A stretch of DNA of 64,000 nt, taken from NCBI GenBank assembly GCA_964421245.1, contig CAYQVW010000001.1, positions 42,888-106,887 on the forward strand, written 5' to 3'. Both the position numbers and the translations under genes were made by a program. The notes under the pieces are model-generated. The model saw only the letters and a program-made list of their open reading frames with translations. It did no database searches and was not told the DNA's origin. Positions 17,978 through 27,857 of the stretch are shown here, in pieces (positions within the stretch are counted from its first letter, which is position 1; the number at the start of each line of letters is the position of its first letter). This stretch comes from an uncultured bacterium (GTDB lineage Bacteria; Margulisbacteria; WOR-1; XYC2-FULL-46-14).

Positions 17978-18448
17978 TTAAGCGTCTACTACGTAGTACT
18001 TGATCTTACGAATTCCAAACTGGCGGGCATCTTTGTATTGGCGAAACCAGATGTCAATCCTTCTTTTATAGCGGCGGTTCATACGGTCTTCAACTGTGAA
18101 TATTTGGTTACCAAACCCTTCAATCATCAGCTTTGTTCCAAAAGGTAAGAAGTTTGAAGCAATTACCCCTTCTTTACAGCGAGTTCCAGAAGCAGTAATC
18201 CAAGGGCTTGAATCGGTCTGATTTTCTAGGGAATTATAGGCCGTAGCCATTACAATTCCTTTTTGCACTATACGGTGTTTGTTATAGGTCTCCCCAACCT
18301 TTGCTAGGGATAAGATTGGTACTAGAACTAGACACAAAATGATTATAGTTACTGTTTTAATCGTTGCTCTTATAGGCAATCTCATACCTATATTATCGTG
18401 ATAAATGGGGGAGAACTTGTATGATTCCCAAGGAGTCTCAAATTTCAT
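17978..18448 (-). CDS. 3D (MltA-like) domain-containing protein
   Basis: Three conserved Asp context FGTKLMIEGFGNQIFTVEDRMNRRYKRRIDIWF at the C-terminus; N-terminal signal/TM. Confidence 0.65.
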   Translation of the reverse strand: MKFETPWESYKFSPIYHDNIGMRLPIRATIKTVTIIILCLVLVPILSLAKVGETYNKHRIVQKGIVMATAYNSLENQTDSSPWITASGTRCKEGVIASNFLPFGTKLMIEGFGNQIFTVEDRMNRRYKRRIDIWFRQYKDARQFGIRKIKYYVVDA

Positions 18449-18622
18449 CCCGAATCAGGTATCTCGAATGAACCCTAATAGAGCGGTCCCAAATCTACTT
18501 CTCGAATCTCCGAATATGTTCCCGAACCTATTCGAGATAGAATTTGGGGATTTGAGATAAGATATTCGATTAAAGAATTTGGGATCGTTTGGGACTGCCG
18601 ATTAGGGAGAAAAATTAGGGAC
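18449..18622. repeat. intergenic low-complexity region with reiterated TCGAAT / CCGAAT / ATTTGGGA / TAGGGA short motifs
   Basis: Read from sequence; the same motif vocabulary recurs at 21260-21400 and 23551-23675. Confidence 0.35.
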
Positions 18623-19435
18623 TTAAGGCAGCAACACTTCGTTCATGGCGCCAGTGCGGTAGCCGATTAAATCAAGGGTTACATATATATAGCCTAGTTT
18701 ATTTAGCTTTTTTGTTATCTTATCCTTGTTATCTATAGCTTTTAGCATATCCCTTTCTTCTATTTCAATACGGGCAATATTCTTATGGTGTCGTACTCTT
18801 GATTGCTTAAAGCCAAGTTTTCTCAAATAGGCCTCAGCCTTGTCTATCTGCTTTAATTTCTTATCAGTTATTTTGTCACCATAAGGGAAACGGGAGGAGA
18901 GACAGGCAAAAGAGGGCTTGTTCCAGGTTGGAAGTTTCAGCTTTTTTGAAAGTTTGCGGATATCATCTTTAGTTAATTTTGCTTCTTCAAGAGGACTTCT
19001 AACGCCTAATTCTTTTTTGGCTTTGTTTCCTGGTCGAAAGTCCGACAAATCATCATAATTTGATCCGTCACAAACATAATTTAAGCCTTCTTTTTTAGCT
19101 ATTTTAATAAGTTTTGAAAAAAGTTCTGTTTTACAATAGTAACAGCGGTTTTTTTGATTTGATGCAAAGTTGGGATTGTTGAGCTCTTTGGTCTTTATGG
19201 TCTTATATCTAATTTTATGTTTCTTGCAAAAACTAACTGCAAATTTGTATTCGTGTTCTGGATAAGTCTCTGATTTTGCAATCACAGCCAATACTTTTTT
19301 TCTATCCAGGGAGTCAATTGCCAATCTCAAAAGAAGGGTTGAATCCACTCCTCCAGAATAAGCAATTAGAAGGCTATCCAGGGATTTAATGTGCTTCAAT
19401 AAATTTGCGAGCTTCATCAGCAGCACTTGCTCCAT
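18623..19435 (-). CDS. PP-loop ATP pyrophosphatase family protein (LarE/TIGR00268-like)
   Basis: SGGVDSTLLL PP-loop motif and C-terminal cysteines; 270 aa. Confidence 0.7.
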   Translation of the reverse strand: MEQVLLMKLANLLKHIKSLDSLLIAYSGGVDSTLLLRLAIDSLDRKKVLAVIAKSETYPEHEYKFAVSFCKKHKIRYKTIKTKELNNPNFASNQKNRCYYCKTELFSKLIKIAKKEGLNYVCDGSNYDDLSDFRPGNKAKKELGVRSPLEEAKLTKDDIRKLSKKLKLPTWNKPSFACLSSRFPYGDKITDKKLKQIDKAEAYLRKLGFKQSRVRHHKNIARIEIEERDMLKAIDNKDKITKKLNKLGYIYVTLDLIGYRTGAMNEVLLP

Positions 19436-20354
19436 CCGCAGCGGCGGTAACTATTTGGCGAAGAGTTTTGCGCCTGACATCTCCCGCAACAAAAATGCCG
19501 GGGACAGATGTTGTAAATTTACCGGTGGTTGGAATAAATCCGTTTTCATCCAGATCCACGATTCCTTTAATAAAGTCAGTTTGTGGGTTCGATCCAACGT
19601 AAATAAAAATACCATTTGCAGCTATGGTACTTGATTTATCAGTTATTCTATTTTTTATTACAACTTCTTCAACTCTTCCATCTCCTTTTATCTCTGCTAC
19701 CACCGAATTCCATAACATAAAAATCTTAGGGTGGGTTAGAGCCTTTTTAGCTACTGCAAGGTCGGCTCTTAATTTGTCTCTGCGATGAACAATTGATACT
19801 TTTTTTGCATAACGTGTTAGAAAGAGCGCTTCTTCAACGGCGGAATTTCCTCCGCCTATTACTAATATATCCTTGTCTTTGTAGAAGGGACCATCACAGG
19901 TTGCACAATAGGAGACTCCGCGTCCACGTAATTTATCTTCTCCATCCACGTTAAGTTTTTGTGGTTCGGTTCCTACTGCCAAAAGTATTGCTTTGGTTTT
20001 AAATTTTTTGTTTTCATCTACAAAGACCACTTTGTGTTTTTTGTGGTTTTCGATATTAGTAGCGTTTCCGTATATTATTTTCACCCCATAGAGTCTGGCC
20101 TGTTCTTCCAGCTTGTTGGATAGATCGATTCCAGAAACTCCTTCTGGAAATCCAGGATAATTTTCGATGCGATAGGTGGTAGAAGCAAGTCCACCAAGTA
20201 TTGCTTTTTCTATCAGCAGTGTTTTTAGTCCGTATCGTCCTGCATAGATGGCGGCTGTTAGGCCAGCGGGCCCTCCTCCAATAATTGTAAGATCATATCC
20301 TGAAATCATTTTTGTAATAATTGTTTCAATTTTTGGTTGAGTTGATAGTTTCAT
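19386..20354 (-). CDS. trxB: thioredoxin-disulfide reductase
   Basis: GGGPAGLTAAIYAGR FAD site, redox CATCDGPFY motif, GGGNSAVEEALFL NADPH site. Confidence 0.9.
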   Translation of the reverse strand: MKLSTQPKIETIITKMISGYDLTIIGGGPAGLTAAIYAGRYGLKTLLIEKAILGGLASTTYRIENYPGFPEGVSGIDLSNKLEEQARLYGVKIIYGNATNIENHKKHKVVFVDENKKFKTKAILLAVGTEPQKLNVDGEDKLRGRGVSYCATCDGPFYKDKDILVIGGGNSAVEEALFLTRYAKKVSIVHRRDKLRADLAVAKKALTHPKIFMLWNSVVAEIKGDGRVEEVVIKNRITDKSSTIAANGIFIYVGSNPQTDFIKGIVDLDENGFIPTTGKFTTSVPGIFVAGDVRRKTLRQIVTAAADGASAADEARKFIEAH

Positions 20355-21259
20355 AATTTATCTCCTCCTATAATTGCCTTGCTTTTTCCCGATATTTCAA
20401 AACGATCATTTTTTACCGAGTAGGTGATTATTTCACCTGTTAGGGAACTTTTTTCTTGTTCCAGTTTGACGTTTCCTTTTAATGTAACTAATTCGTTGAT
20501 AAGATCATAATCTCCAACTTTGCCATATGCTTTTGCGCTACCTGATAATATAGTAATATCTCCATGGGCCATGATAGTATCTTTTGGTCCGTTAAATTCG
20601 AAATACATCGCTTCAATTGTTGTGACTTGCGGTTTGGTTATGACGATCTTGGGATCCCCACCAAGCAAAACATGAGCGAATTTAATATCACTTTTTAGTG
20701 TTTGGGCATATCCTATTATTTTGTTTCTTCGAAACCATATGTTACCTTTGCAGGATATTTTATTCTCTTTTTGTTTCCAAGTGAGATCACGAGCCTTAAA
20801 GTAGTATCCAGCTCCATCCTTATCTGGAAGGTTAAAAATGTTTTGTCTTGAATTATTTAATAATTTTTTTACTTTGTTTTTTGATTTAGAGTCAAAGCCG
20901 AAAGGTTGTTTCATTTTTATTTCTTTTTTATCCATTTTCCAAACAATTTCCGGAGAGATAAAGTTTAATTCTGCTTTATTTTTTTCAAAGAAAGAACCAT
21001 TAGTGTCTTTTAATATTACGGTATTGTTATCGTTATTCAAGTCGGATGTCTTTGCTCTAATTTCCCAATATTTAGTTCCATTTGAAATCTCGGAGACAAC
21101 AACTCCTTTAAACGATAAGTCGCTTCTTTTGCTTTGGGATTTAATTGCTTTGGCGATTGTTTGCGATATTTCTGTTTTGGGGAGAAAAAGAGCCCAAATG
21201 AATAAGAAAAGTATGAAAATTACGAAAACGAAAAATAATAATTTTTTTATTAGTTCCAT
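20351..21259 (-). CDS. membrane-anchored periplasmic protein, possibly LptC/LptA (OstA-like) family
   Basis: N-terminal TM LLFFVFVIFILFLFIWALFL; beta-rich repeats with LptA-like pattern (GDITILSGSAKAYGKV...LKGNVKL); lies beside the heptose genes. Confidence 0.35.
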   Translation of the reverse strand: MELIKKLLFFVFVIFILFLFIWALFLPKTEISQTIAKAIKSQSKRSDLSFKGVVVSEISNGTKYWEIRAKTSDLNNDNNTVILKDTNGSFFEKNKAELNFISPEIVWKMDKKEIKMKQPFGFDSKSKNKVKKLLNNSRQNIFNLPDKDGAGYYFKARDLTWKQKENKISCKGNIWFRRNKIIGYAQTLKSDIKFAHVLLGGDPKIVITKPQVTTIEAMYFEFNGPKDTIMAHGDITILSGSAKAYGKVGDYDLINELVTLKGNVKLEQEKSSLTGEIITYSVKNDRFEISGKSKAIIGGDKL

Positions 21260-21400
21260 TTATTTAAAATCCTAAGCACTAATTTCTAAATCCCAAATAA
21301 ATCCCAATTTTCCGAATCCAAAATTCAAAACGTTTGTGATTTGGAACATTTGAATTTGTAATTTGTTTAGGATTTAGGGTTTCGAATTTAGAATTTATCA
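21260..21400. repeat. intergenic short-motif repeat region (TCCCAAAT / ATTTGGA / TTCGAAT family)
   Basis: Read from sequence. Confidence 0.35.
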
Positions 21401-22084
21401 TTAGTATCCAAGTGCTTTCAGGCGCAAGGCTTCGGTTGCTTCAAGAAACCCTTTCCAGGAATCGCCTTTATTATAATAGCCTTGAGAGAGTAGGAGATGA
21501 AGTGCTGCAACTAGCTTATCAATCTTAATTCCTTTTTCTGCCCATTCAATAGCTTTGTCATTTTCTCCCATATCTCCATAGGCTAGTGAGATATAACCAT
21601 AGGCCCATACGTTGTAGGGATCGCTGACTAAGACATATTTGAACTGCTGTATTGCCTCTTTCTTTTGATCGTTAAAATACATTGCAAAGGCCAGACGAAA
21701 ACGGGTCTTCCAGTTTCCGGGATCAGCATTAACTTCTGTAATATAGTAGTTGAGAGCATCTTTTTTGAATTCGGGATCCATTTCTGGTAATCTTTTCAAT
21801 TGATCCCAGGCTTCCAGAATTTTATTTGAATAAGAATATGTTACAGCAAGATCGTATTTTGCCCAGGGATCGTCGGGATTTTTTCTTGCAGCTTCTTCTT
21901 TTTGTTTTATCTCTTTTCTAAGTTCCGGGGTCATTCTCCATGCGTCTGCGTTAACTTGCAATATTAGAATAAGAAAAATTAATAGAAGTGGGGTAATAAG
22001 ATATGAGAGGTGGGTTAGGATGTGGGATATGGGATGTGTGATTTTTCTTACTTCAAACTTCTCATTTCCAAACTTATTTCTCAT
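21401..22084 (-). CDS. TPR repeat protein with N-terminal TM
   Basis: W/Y-A-Y-G TPR-like helices (AYGYISLAYGDMGENDKAIEWAEKGIKI). Confidence 0.6.
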   Translation of the reverse strand: MRNKFGNEKFEVRKITHPISHILTHLSYLITPLLLIFLILILQVNADAWRMTPELRKEIKQKEEAARKNPDDPWAKYDLAVTYSYSNKILEAWDQLKRLPEMDPEFKKDALNYYITEVNADPGNWKTRFRLAFAMYFNDQKKEAIQQFKYVLVSDPYNVWAYGYISLAYGDMGENDKAIEWAEKGIKIDKLVAALHLLLSQGYYNKGDSWKGFLEATEALRLKALGY

Positions 22085-22095
22085 TTCTAGTTACC

Positions 22096-23550
22096 TCACT
22101 TCTTTGAAAGAATTCTTTCGATTATATTAGTCGTTGAACGACCTTCTACTGGAGGGATGATAATAACTTTTCCTCCTAGAGATTTTACAAGTTTGGCTTC
22201 TGGGAGGTCCTTCATCTTATAGTCTCCGCCCTTTACATGAATTTTGGGTTTGATAATTTTCAAAAGATTATCTGGCCTCATTTCAGAGAAGATTGTGACA
22301 TAGTCAACGGATTCAAGGGAGGCAAGTACCTCTGCACGTTCAAGCTCGCTTACATATGGGCGAGGAGAGCCTTTTAATCTTCTGACTGAAGAGTCGGAAT
22401 TTATTCCAACAATAAGGATATCGCCTAGTTTTTTTGCTTCTCTTAAATAACGAGCATGTCCAAGATGAAGAATATCGAAACAACCATTGGTAAAAACGAT
22501 TTTTGCATTTTGGCTTTTTAGTCTTTTAACGGTTTTTGTCAGTTGATTACGAGATTTAATTTTTTGTCCGGCCAATTCTTTTTCTTCCAGAGCTTCTTCG
22601 AGCTCATCTTTTTGAACGGCCTGGGTTCCAATTTTTGACACTGCAACCGATGCTGCATAATTTCCAAGTAATGCAGCTTCTTTAATGTTTGCACCAGAGG
22701 CTAGGGCCAAAGATAGGGTTGCGATAACGGTATCGCCGGCACCAGTTATGTCAAAGACCTCTCTTTGGATAGCTGGTATGTGTTTTGTTTCTCCCGATTT
22801 GCTAAAGATAGAAAGGCCATCTTTTCCACGGGTTATGATTATATGATCGGCTTGGGTTTCTCTAAGTATTGTTTTTCCTGCTTTTTTCAGGGACTCTTTA
22901 TCCTTTATTTTTATTCCTGATGCAGCCTCTGCTTCAAGCAGATTAGGGGTAATAATCATTGCTCTTTTATATTTTGAATAATTGGTCCCTTTTGGATCAA
23001 CCGCTAGTGGTTTTTTATGTTTTCTAGCTAAATTAACTATTTCTCGACAGATCTTATCGGATAATATTCCTTTTTTGTAATCAGATAGAACTATTGCATC
23101 TACCTTTTTAACTAGTGCTTTAATCTGGGAGACAATTTGTCTTTCTGTCTTATCCGGGATCGGAGTCTCCTCTTCACGGTCTACTCGAATAACTTGTTGA
23201 TTGGCAGCAATGATTCTCGATTTTAAGATAGTTGGTCTATTTTTTGATTTTATAAGATGAGAAGTAGAAATCTTATTCTTCTTTAAGGCGTTGATTAATT
23301 TTTGTCCGGAGCTGTCATTTCCAATTAGACCAATAAGAAGGGCGGTTCCACCAAGTGTTTTTATATTGGTTGAGACATTTCCGCATCCACCGGGGACGTG
23401 AGTAATCTCTTTAACTTTTGCAATTGGAACTGGGGCTTCAGGAGATATTCTCGAAACGGTACTCCAGATATGTTCATCTAGCATCAAATCGCCGATAATC
23501 AAGATCTTTTTCTCTTCAAACTTAGGAATAATGGTTTTTAAATGTTCCAT
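22096..23550 (-). CDS. hldE: bifunctional D-glycero-beta-D-manno-heptose-7-phosphate kinase / heptose-1-phosphate adenylyltransferase
   Basis: N-terminal ribokinase-like domain (ILIIGDLMLDEHIW) and C-terminal cytidylyltransferase domain (VFTNGCFDILHLGHARYL). Confidence 0.9.
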   Translation of the reverse strand: MEHLKTIIPKFEEKKILIIGDLMLDEHIWSTVSRISPEAPVPIAKVKEITHVPGGCGNVSTNIKTLGGTALLIGLIGNDSSGQKLINALKKNKISTSHLIKSKNRPTILKSRIIAANQQVIRVDREEETPIPDKTERQIVSQIKALVKKVDAIVLSDYKKGILSDKICREIVNLARKHKKPLAVDPKGTNYSKYKRAMIITPNLLEAEAASGIKIKDKESLKKAGKTILRETQADHIIITRGKDGLSIFSKSGETKHIPAIQREVFDITGAGDTVIATLSLALASGANIKEAALLGNYAASVAVSKIGTQAVQKDELEEALEEKELAGQKIKSRNQLTKTVKRLKSQNAKIVFTNGCFDILHLGHARYLREAKKLGDILIVGINSDSSVRRLKGSPRPYVSELERAEVLASLESVDYVTIFSEMRPDNLLKIIKPKIHVKGGDYKMKDLPEAKLVKSLGGKVIIIPPVEGRSTTNIIERILSKK

Positions 23551-23675
23551 TGGGGATATTATATCATTTAAGGGAAGGGGAGGGAATATAGGGAGAAGTA
23601 GGGATGAGTAGGGAAGGGGAAAATATGGTGAAATTTTTGAAAAATGATAGCGAAATAAAAATGAGGTGATTAATT

Positions 23676-24872
23676 ATGTCAATGATTATGTCAGCGAATA
23701 TGTTAACAGCAAGATTAAAAGCGAGTCCAACTTTGGTTTATCAAGGGCAAGAGATTAAGGTTAATCCTGCGCTTAGCTTTCGACATGAAATGGGTGTTCG
23801 TGCTCAATTAAATTTGGGAATCAAAGATGGAAGTGGAAAAACAATTGCCTTATTGCCTCTTGAACTTAGCAGAGAAGATGTTAATAGAGCAGGCAATGAC
23901 TCTAGTTTCGAAGCTCAGAGAGGAGATTTGTTAGATATTAATCCAACAAGAGTAATTCCAAGGGGAGAAACACAAGTAGAAGATGTCCCTTTAGAAGTTG
24001 ATGCGAGTACCGCAGTTGTTGAATCCCTATTTTTTTCTAACGAAATACCCAAATCTCAGGGAGTATCGCCTGGTAGACCGTCTGATCTTGGGGGAATGAC
24101 TCATCCACGGGATATTCCTGATTGTGTAGTTCCTGGTGTCGGAAGAGGAACAACTATCCACGTTGGAAGAAATGTTGTCTGGCCTACCTTGCCTCTTGAT
24201 CTACAACCTTTTATACGTTCATTGGAACAAGGTTTCCCTGTTGATAGTATGTATTCATTTATCGATGCAATGCAGACACGGGCTTATTATATGTTTAGAG
24301 ATATGAGAAGTGGGGGGAACATGCATCCCGGAATTGTAAATATGTTAAGTCAAACAGTGACCGTTCAGGGACTAGATCAAATAAAAAAAGTTCCGATATT
24401 AGAAGGACTGTTTTCTCCACCACACTCTTTAATAGAGGGAGCTGAGTTAGTATTCTATACTAATAGTGAAGGTCAAATGATTTTGGCTGATATTGTTATC
24501 TTTTTACAGCTTATCAAAGAAGCTGGAGCAAATCCGGTTTTGTATCCTTTTAGTTTAGGTCTTTTAGGTATGGGGGGATACAATTTTTCTCATGGGACCT
24601 TGCTATCGAGAAGTGAAGATCAGGATGTAAATGAAACCATTCTAGTTTCTGACTTGCCTGATCAAAATTTAGGAGAAAGCTTTCCTGGGAATAATTTAGT
24701 AGTTTTAAGTCTAAGAGGAACAAAAATGAGTGCTCAAAGATTGGCCCATATTTTAAATGCTCGACCAGGAGTAGGGGTTGTTATAAAGAAACATGAAGAC
24801 GCAGCAGTAGAGTTTGGGGATCAACTTGCAGAATTTGTTTCTGATGCAAGTGAGATAATTACTCCTCTTTAG
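23676..24872 (+). CDS. hypothetical protein, no recognisable domain
   Basis: 398-aa ORF on the opposite strand to the flanking heptose genes; no motifs recognised. Confidence 0.45.
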   Translation: MSMIMSANMLTARLKASPTLVYQGQEIKVNPALSFRHEMGVRAQLNLGIKDGSGKTIALLPLELSREDVNRAGNDSSFEAQRGDLLDINPTRVIPRGETQVEDVPLEVDASTAVVESLFFSNEIPKSQGVSPGRPSDLGGMTHPRDIPDCVVPGVGRGTTIHVGRNVVWPTLPLDLQPFIRSLEQGFPVDSMYSFIDAMQTRAYYMFRDMRSGGNMHPGIVNMLSQTVTVQGLDQIKKVPILEGLFSPPHSLIEGAELVFYTNSEGQMILADIVIFLQLIKEAGANPVLYPFSLGLLGMGGYNFSHGTLLSRSEDQDVNETILVSDLPDQNLGESFPGNNLVVLSLRGTKMSAQRLAHILNARPGVGVVIKKHEDAAVEFGDQLAEFVSDASEIITPL

Positions 24873-25464
24873 TCTGACTAGAATTCGGTTCCAGTGTCAA
24901 AATCCAGTTAACAGCCTCTAATAAGTCTTTTGCAATAAAATCAGGGCGATTGCCGTTTAGGCTTTTCTTGGCTTCTTCTCCATATCCGGTTAAAACCAGA
25001 ATTGTTTTGCAACCAGCGCGTCGGCCAGCTTCAAGATCAGATTTTTTATCACCAATCATGTACGAATCTTTTAAATCTAGGGTGTATTCTGCTGCGGCCT
25101 GGAGGAGCATTCCAGGATTTGGTTTTCTACATTCACAATCTTTTTTATATGGGTAATGTCCAAAGTCTGGATGATGAGGACAGTAGTAGATTGCATCATA
25201 GTATGCATGGTTGGCGAGCAGTTTTCTTTGCAATGTTTTATCAATCGCTTTCAACATGTCCTCTCCGTAGTGACCGCGTGCAATCCCGGATTGGTTACTA
25301 ACTACACAAACTTTTAATCCGGCATTATTAAGTAACTGAATTGCTTTTGAAGAGTTGGGGAATAGTTCAACTTTTGTATGATGATCAAGATATCCTACGT
25401 CGTGACTTATGGTACCATCTTTATCTAGAAAAACAGCTTTATCCATTAAAAATCTCCTTTTCAA
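24859..25464 (-). CDS. gmhB: D,D-heptose 1,7-bisphosphate phosphatase (HAD-IIIA)
   Basis: [11 protein letters not shown] motif I, GmhB-type zinc-cysteine cluster CPHHP...[10 protein letters not shown]. Confidence 0.8.
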   Translation of the reverse strand: MKRRFLMDKAVFLDKDGTISHDVGYLDHHTKVELFPNSSKAIQLLNNAGLKVCVVSNQSGIARGHYGEDMLKAIDKTLQRKLLANHAYYDAIYYCPHHPDFGHYPYKKDCECRKPNPGMLLQAAAEYTLDLKDSYMIGDKKSDLEAGRRAGCKTILVLTGYGEEAKKSLNGNRPDFIAKDLLEAVNWILTLEPNSSQTKEE

Positions 25465-26011
25465 CTATTTCACAAATAATATGAGCGATTGTTATATGTG
25501 ATTCTTGTATTCTTGGCGTATCATTTGATGGAACAGTAAGGTTAATATCAACCACTTGAGCTATTTTTCCACCACCAGATCCTAATAATCCAATATTTAT
25601 ACATCCAGCTTGTTTTCCTTCTTCAAGTGCTAGAAGTACATTTTCTGAATTACCAGAAGTTGAAAGACCGATTAGAACATCCCCTTTTTTTGCTAGTGCT
25701 TGGACTTGTCTTAAAAAGATCAATTCAAATCCAAAATCATTTCCGCATGAAGTAATGATAGAGGTATCGGTTGTCAGTGCAATTGCTGGTAATGGATTTC
25801 GATTTATCTTGAATCTATTAACAAATTCAGCTGCAATATGTTGAGAATCCGCAGCCGATCCACCGTTACCAAAGATTAGGATCTTATTTCCCGATTTTAA
25901 GGCATTAATAACTGTTTTGCTGGCCTTTTCGATTTCAGGAACTAAGCTGTTTAGAACCTTCTTTTTTACTTCTATACTTTCAGTAATTAACTTCTTTATT
26001 TCTTGTTGCAT
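25439..26011 (-). CDS. gmhA: phosphoheptose isomerase (SIS domain); start refined to internal ATG (MQQEIKK)
   Basis: SIS motif [20 protein letters not shown]; the ORF-track start at 26059 is a TTG. Confidence 0.8.
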   Translation of the reverse strand: MQQEIKKLITESIEVKKKVLNSLVPEIEKASKTVINALKSGNKILIFGNGGSAADSQHIAAEFVNRFKINRNPLPAIALTTDTSIITSCGNDFGFELIFLRQVQALAKKGDVLIGLSTSGNSENVLLALEEGKQAGCINIGLLGSGGGKIAQVVDINLTVPSNDTPRIQESHITIAHIICEIVEKEIFNG

Positions 26012-26105
26012 AATATAATTATAACACCATATTATATGTATAACTACCGCGTTGGTCAATCCTGTTTTCTATGTTATAATTTTTATTATTCTCTGGAGGG
26101 ATTTT

Positions 26106-26843
26106 ATGAAAAAGATAATTGCAGGAGTGGTGGTTGCTTTGTTTGTGGCTTCACTAGGTGTATCATCTGCTGTTCCAAGAAGAGTTAAGATGAAGAATAG
26201 AAAGAAGATAGTTAAGACAAAAAGACAGATTGTAAGAAATGCTAAGAAAAAAAGAGTTTTAAAGAATAAATTAAAAAAACAAGTTAAGAAAGCTTATCCA
26301 AGAGCAGTTGTTAAACCTAAAGTAATTGTTAAGCCCGTTCCTGTTATTGTTCCCCGTTCTAGAAAAGTAATAAAAATAGGGCCCAAAAAAGTAGTCCCAA
26401 AAAGGCCAAGAAGTTTTACCGAAATTGAACTTGGTGCCGGCTATGTAGCGGGTATTCCGGGAGTTGAAGCAGCTCTAAGATTTAACAATCCACTTGGAAT
26501 GGTTGCTTCTTCCTTAAAAACAGGTGTGATTTATGCCGTTGGAAAGGATACCGATTCTGTGGAAAGAAAGCATGCATTGGTTGTTGTTGATGGGATTTAT
26601 CATATGGCACCAATGTTTGGGCCGGGAGTTAAGCCGTATTTTGGCTTAGGACTAAATTATAATGCATACACAACCGGAAAGCGGAATGGTGCTGTTGCTT
26701 ATCAGGCTTACTTGGGGCTTCAAGGAAGAATGTCTAGGCATAATTCTGCCTATCTTGAGGTTGGTTACGGTTATATAAGAACAGGATTTAGCCCACAATA
26801 TAAAGGACTACATAGTATTGTTGGTGTAAAGGCGGTCATATAA
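26106..26843 (+). CDS. exported protein: signal peptide + ~80-aa Lys/Arg/Pro-rich histone-H1-like segment + small C-terminal beta-barrel-like OMP domain (start refined)
   Basis: RBS GGAGGG; MKKIIAGVVVALFVASLGVSSA; RRVKMKNRKKIVKTKRQIVRNAKKKRVLKNKLKKQVKK...; alternating-hydrophobic C-terminal strands (YLEVGYGYIRTGF). Confidence 0.55.
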   Translation: MKKIIAGVVVALFVASLGVSSAVPRRVKMKNRKKIVKTKRQIVRNAKKKRVLKNKLKKQVKKAYPRAVVKPKVIVKPVPVIVPRSRKVIKIGPKKVVPKRPRSFTEIELGAGYVAGIPGVEAALRFNNPLGMVASSLKTGVIYAVGKDTDSVERKHALVVVDGIYHMAPMFGPGVKPYFGLGLNYNAYTTGKRNGAVAYQAYLGLQGRMSRHNSAYLEVGYGYIRTGFSPQYKGLHSIVGVKAVI

Positions 26844-27857
26844 ATGAAAAAGTATAATGTTTGTGTTTTAGGTGCAACTGGAATGGTAGGTAAAGAGATG
26901 ATGAAGGTTTTGGAAGAGAGAGATTTTCCAATAGATAAATTTCTTCCATTGGCTTCTTCGCGTACTGCTGGTTCAAAGGTCACTTTTAAGGGTAAGGAGT
27001 ATGTAGTTGAAGAAGCAAAACCAGAATCTTTTGAAGGAATGGAAATTGGTCTCTTTTCCGCTGGAGCTTCTATTTCAAAAACTTTTGCTCCTGAGGCTGC
27101 TAAGAGAAAGTGCATTGTAGTTGATAATACTTCTCACTTTAGGATGGATCCAGAAGTTCCATTAATTGTTCCAGAGGTTAACCCCCAAGCGATAAAAAAA
27201 CACAAGGGGATTATTGCGAACCCAAATTGTTCAACTGCGCAGATGGTTCTGCCTCTAAAGCCTATCTATGACGAAGTAGGGATTGAACGTTTAGTTATTT
27301 CTACCTATCAATCTGTTTCTGGATGGGGAAAAGAGGCGGTTGAAGAGTTAAGGGTGCAAACTAAAACTTTGCTTGCCGATCCAAAGGCAAAAGTAGAGGC
27401 TAAGGCAATTTTTAAACAGATCGCTTTTAACGTTGTCCCACAAATTGATAAATTTATGGATAATGGCTATACAAAAGAAGAGATGAAAATGGTTAACGAA
27501 ACTCAGAAAATATTTGAAGATGATTCGATAAAAGTAACTGCAACCTGTGTCCGTGTTCCGGTGGTAATTAGCCATGCGGAAGTAGTTAATATAAAGACCA
27601 AGAAAAAGATTTCGGTTGCTCGCGTGCGAAAGCTTTTGTCCAAGTTCCCAACTTTGAAGGTTTTAGACGATCCAGCTAAGGGTGATTACCCAACTCCAAT
27701 TGACTGTGCAGGTAAAAATGATACTTATGTTGGTAGAATCCGCGAAGATATCTCACAAGAAAACGGGATTGAAATGTGGATTGTCTCTGATAACCTTCGA
27801 CGAGGAGCAGCATTAAACGCAGTATTAATTGCGGAGAAGCTAATAAATGTCAATTGA
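26844..27857 (+). CDS. asd: aspartate-semialdehyde dehydrogenase
   Basis: VCVLGATGMVGKEM Rossmann motif, active-site NPNCSTAQM. Confidence 0.9.
   Translation: MKKYNVCVLGATGMVGKEMMKVLEERDFPIDKFLPLASSRTAGSKVTFKGKEYVVEEAKPESFEGMEIGLFSAGASISKTFAPEAAKRKCIVVDNTSHFRMDPEVPLIVPEVNPQAIKKHKGIIANPNCSTAQMVLPLKPIYDEVGIERLVISTYQSVSGWGKEAVEELRVQTKTLLADPKAKVEAKAIFKQIAFNVVPQIDKFMDNGYTKEEMKMVNETQKIFEDDSIKVTATCVRVPVVISHAEVVNIKTKKKISVARVRKLLSKFPTLKVLDDPAKGDYPTPIDCAGKNDTYVGRIREDISQENGIEMWIVSDNLRRGAALNAVLIAEKLINVN

Noticed and set aside
25002-25301. Plus-strand 68-99 aa ORFs within gmhB, and ORF 26003-26188 overlapping the gmhA start
   Set aside because: Antisense/overlap ORFs without RBS; gmhB and gmhA assignments are strong.
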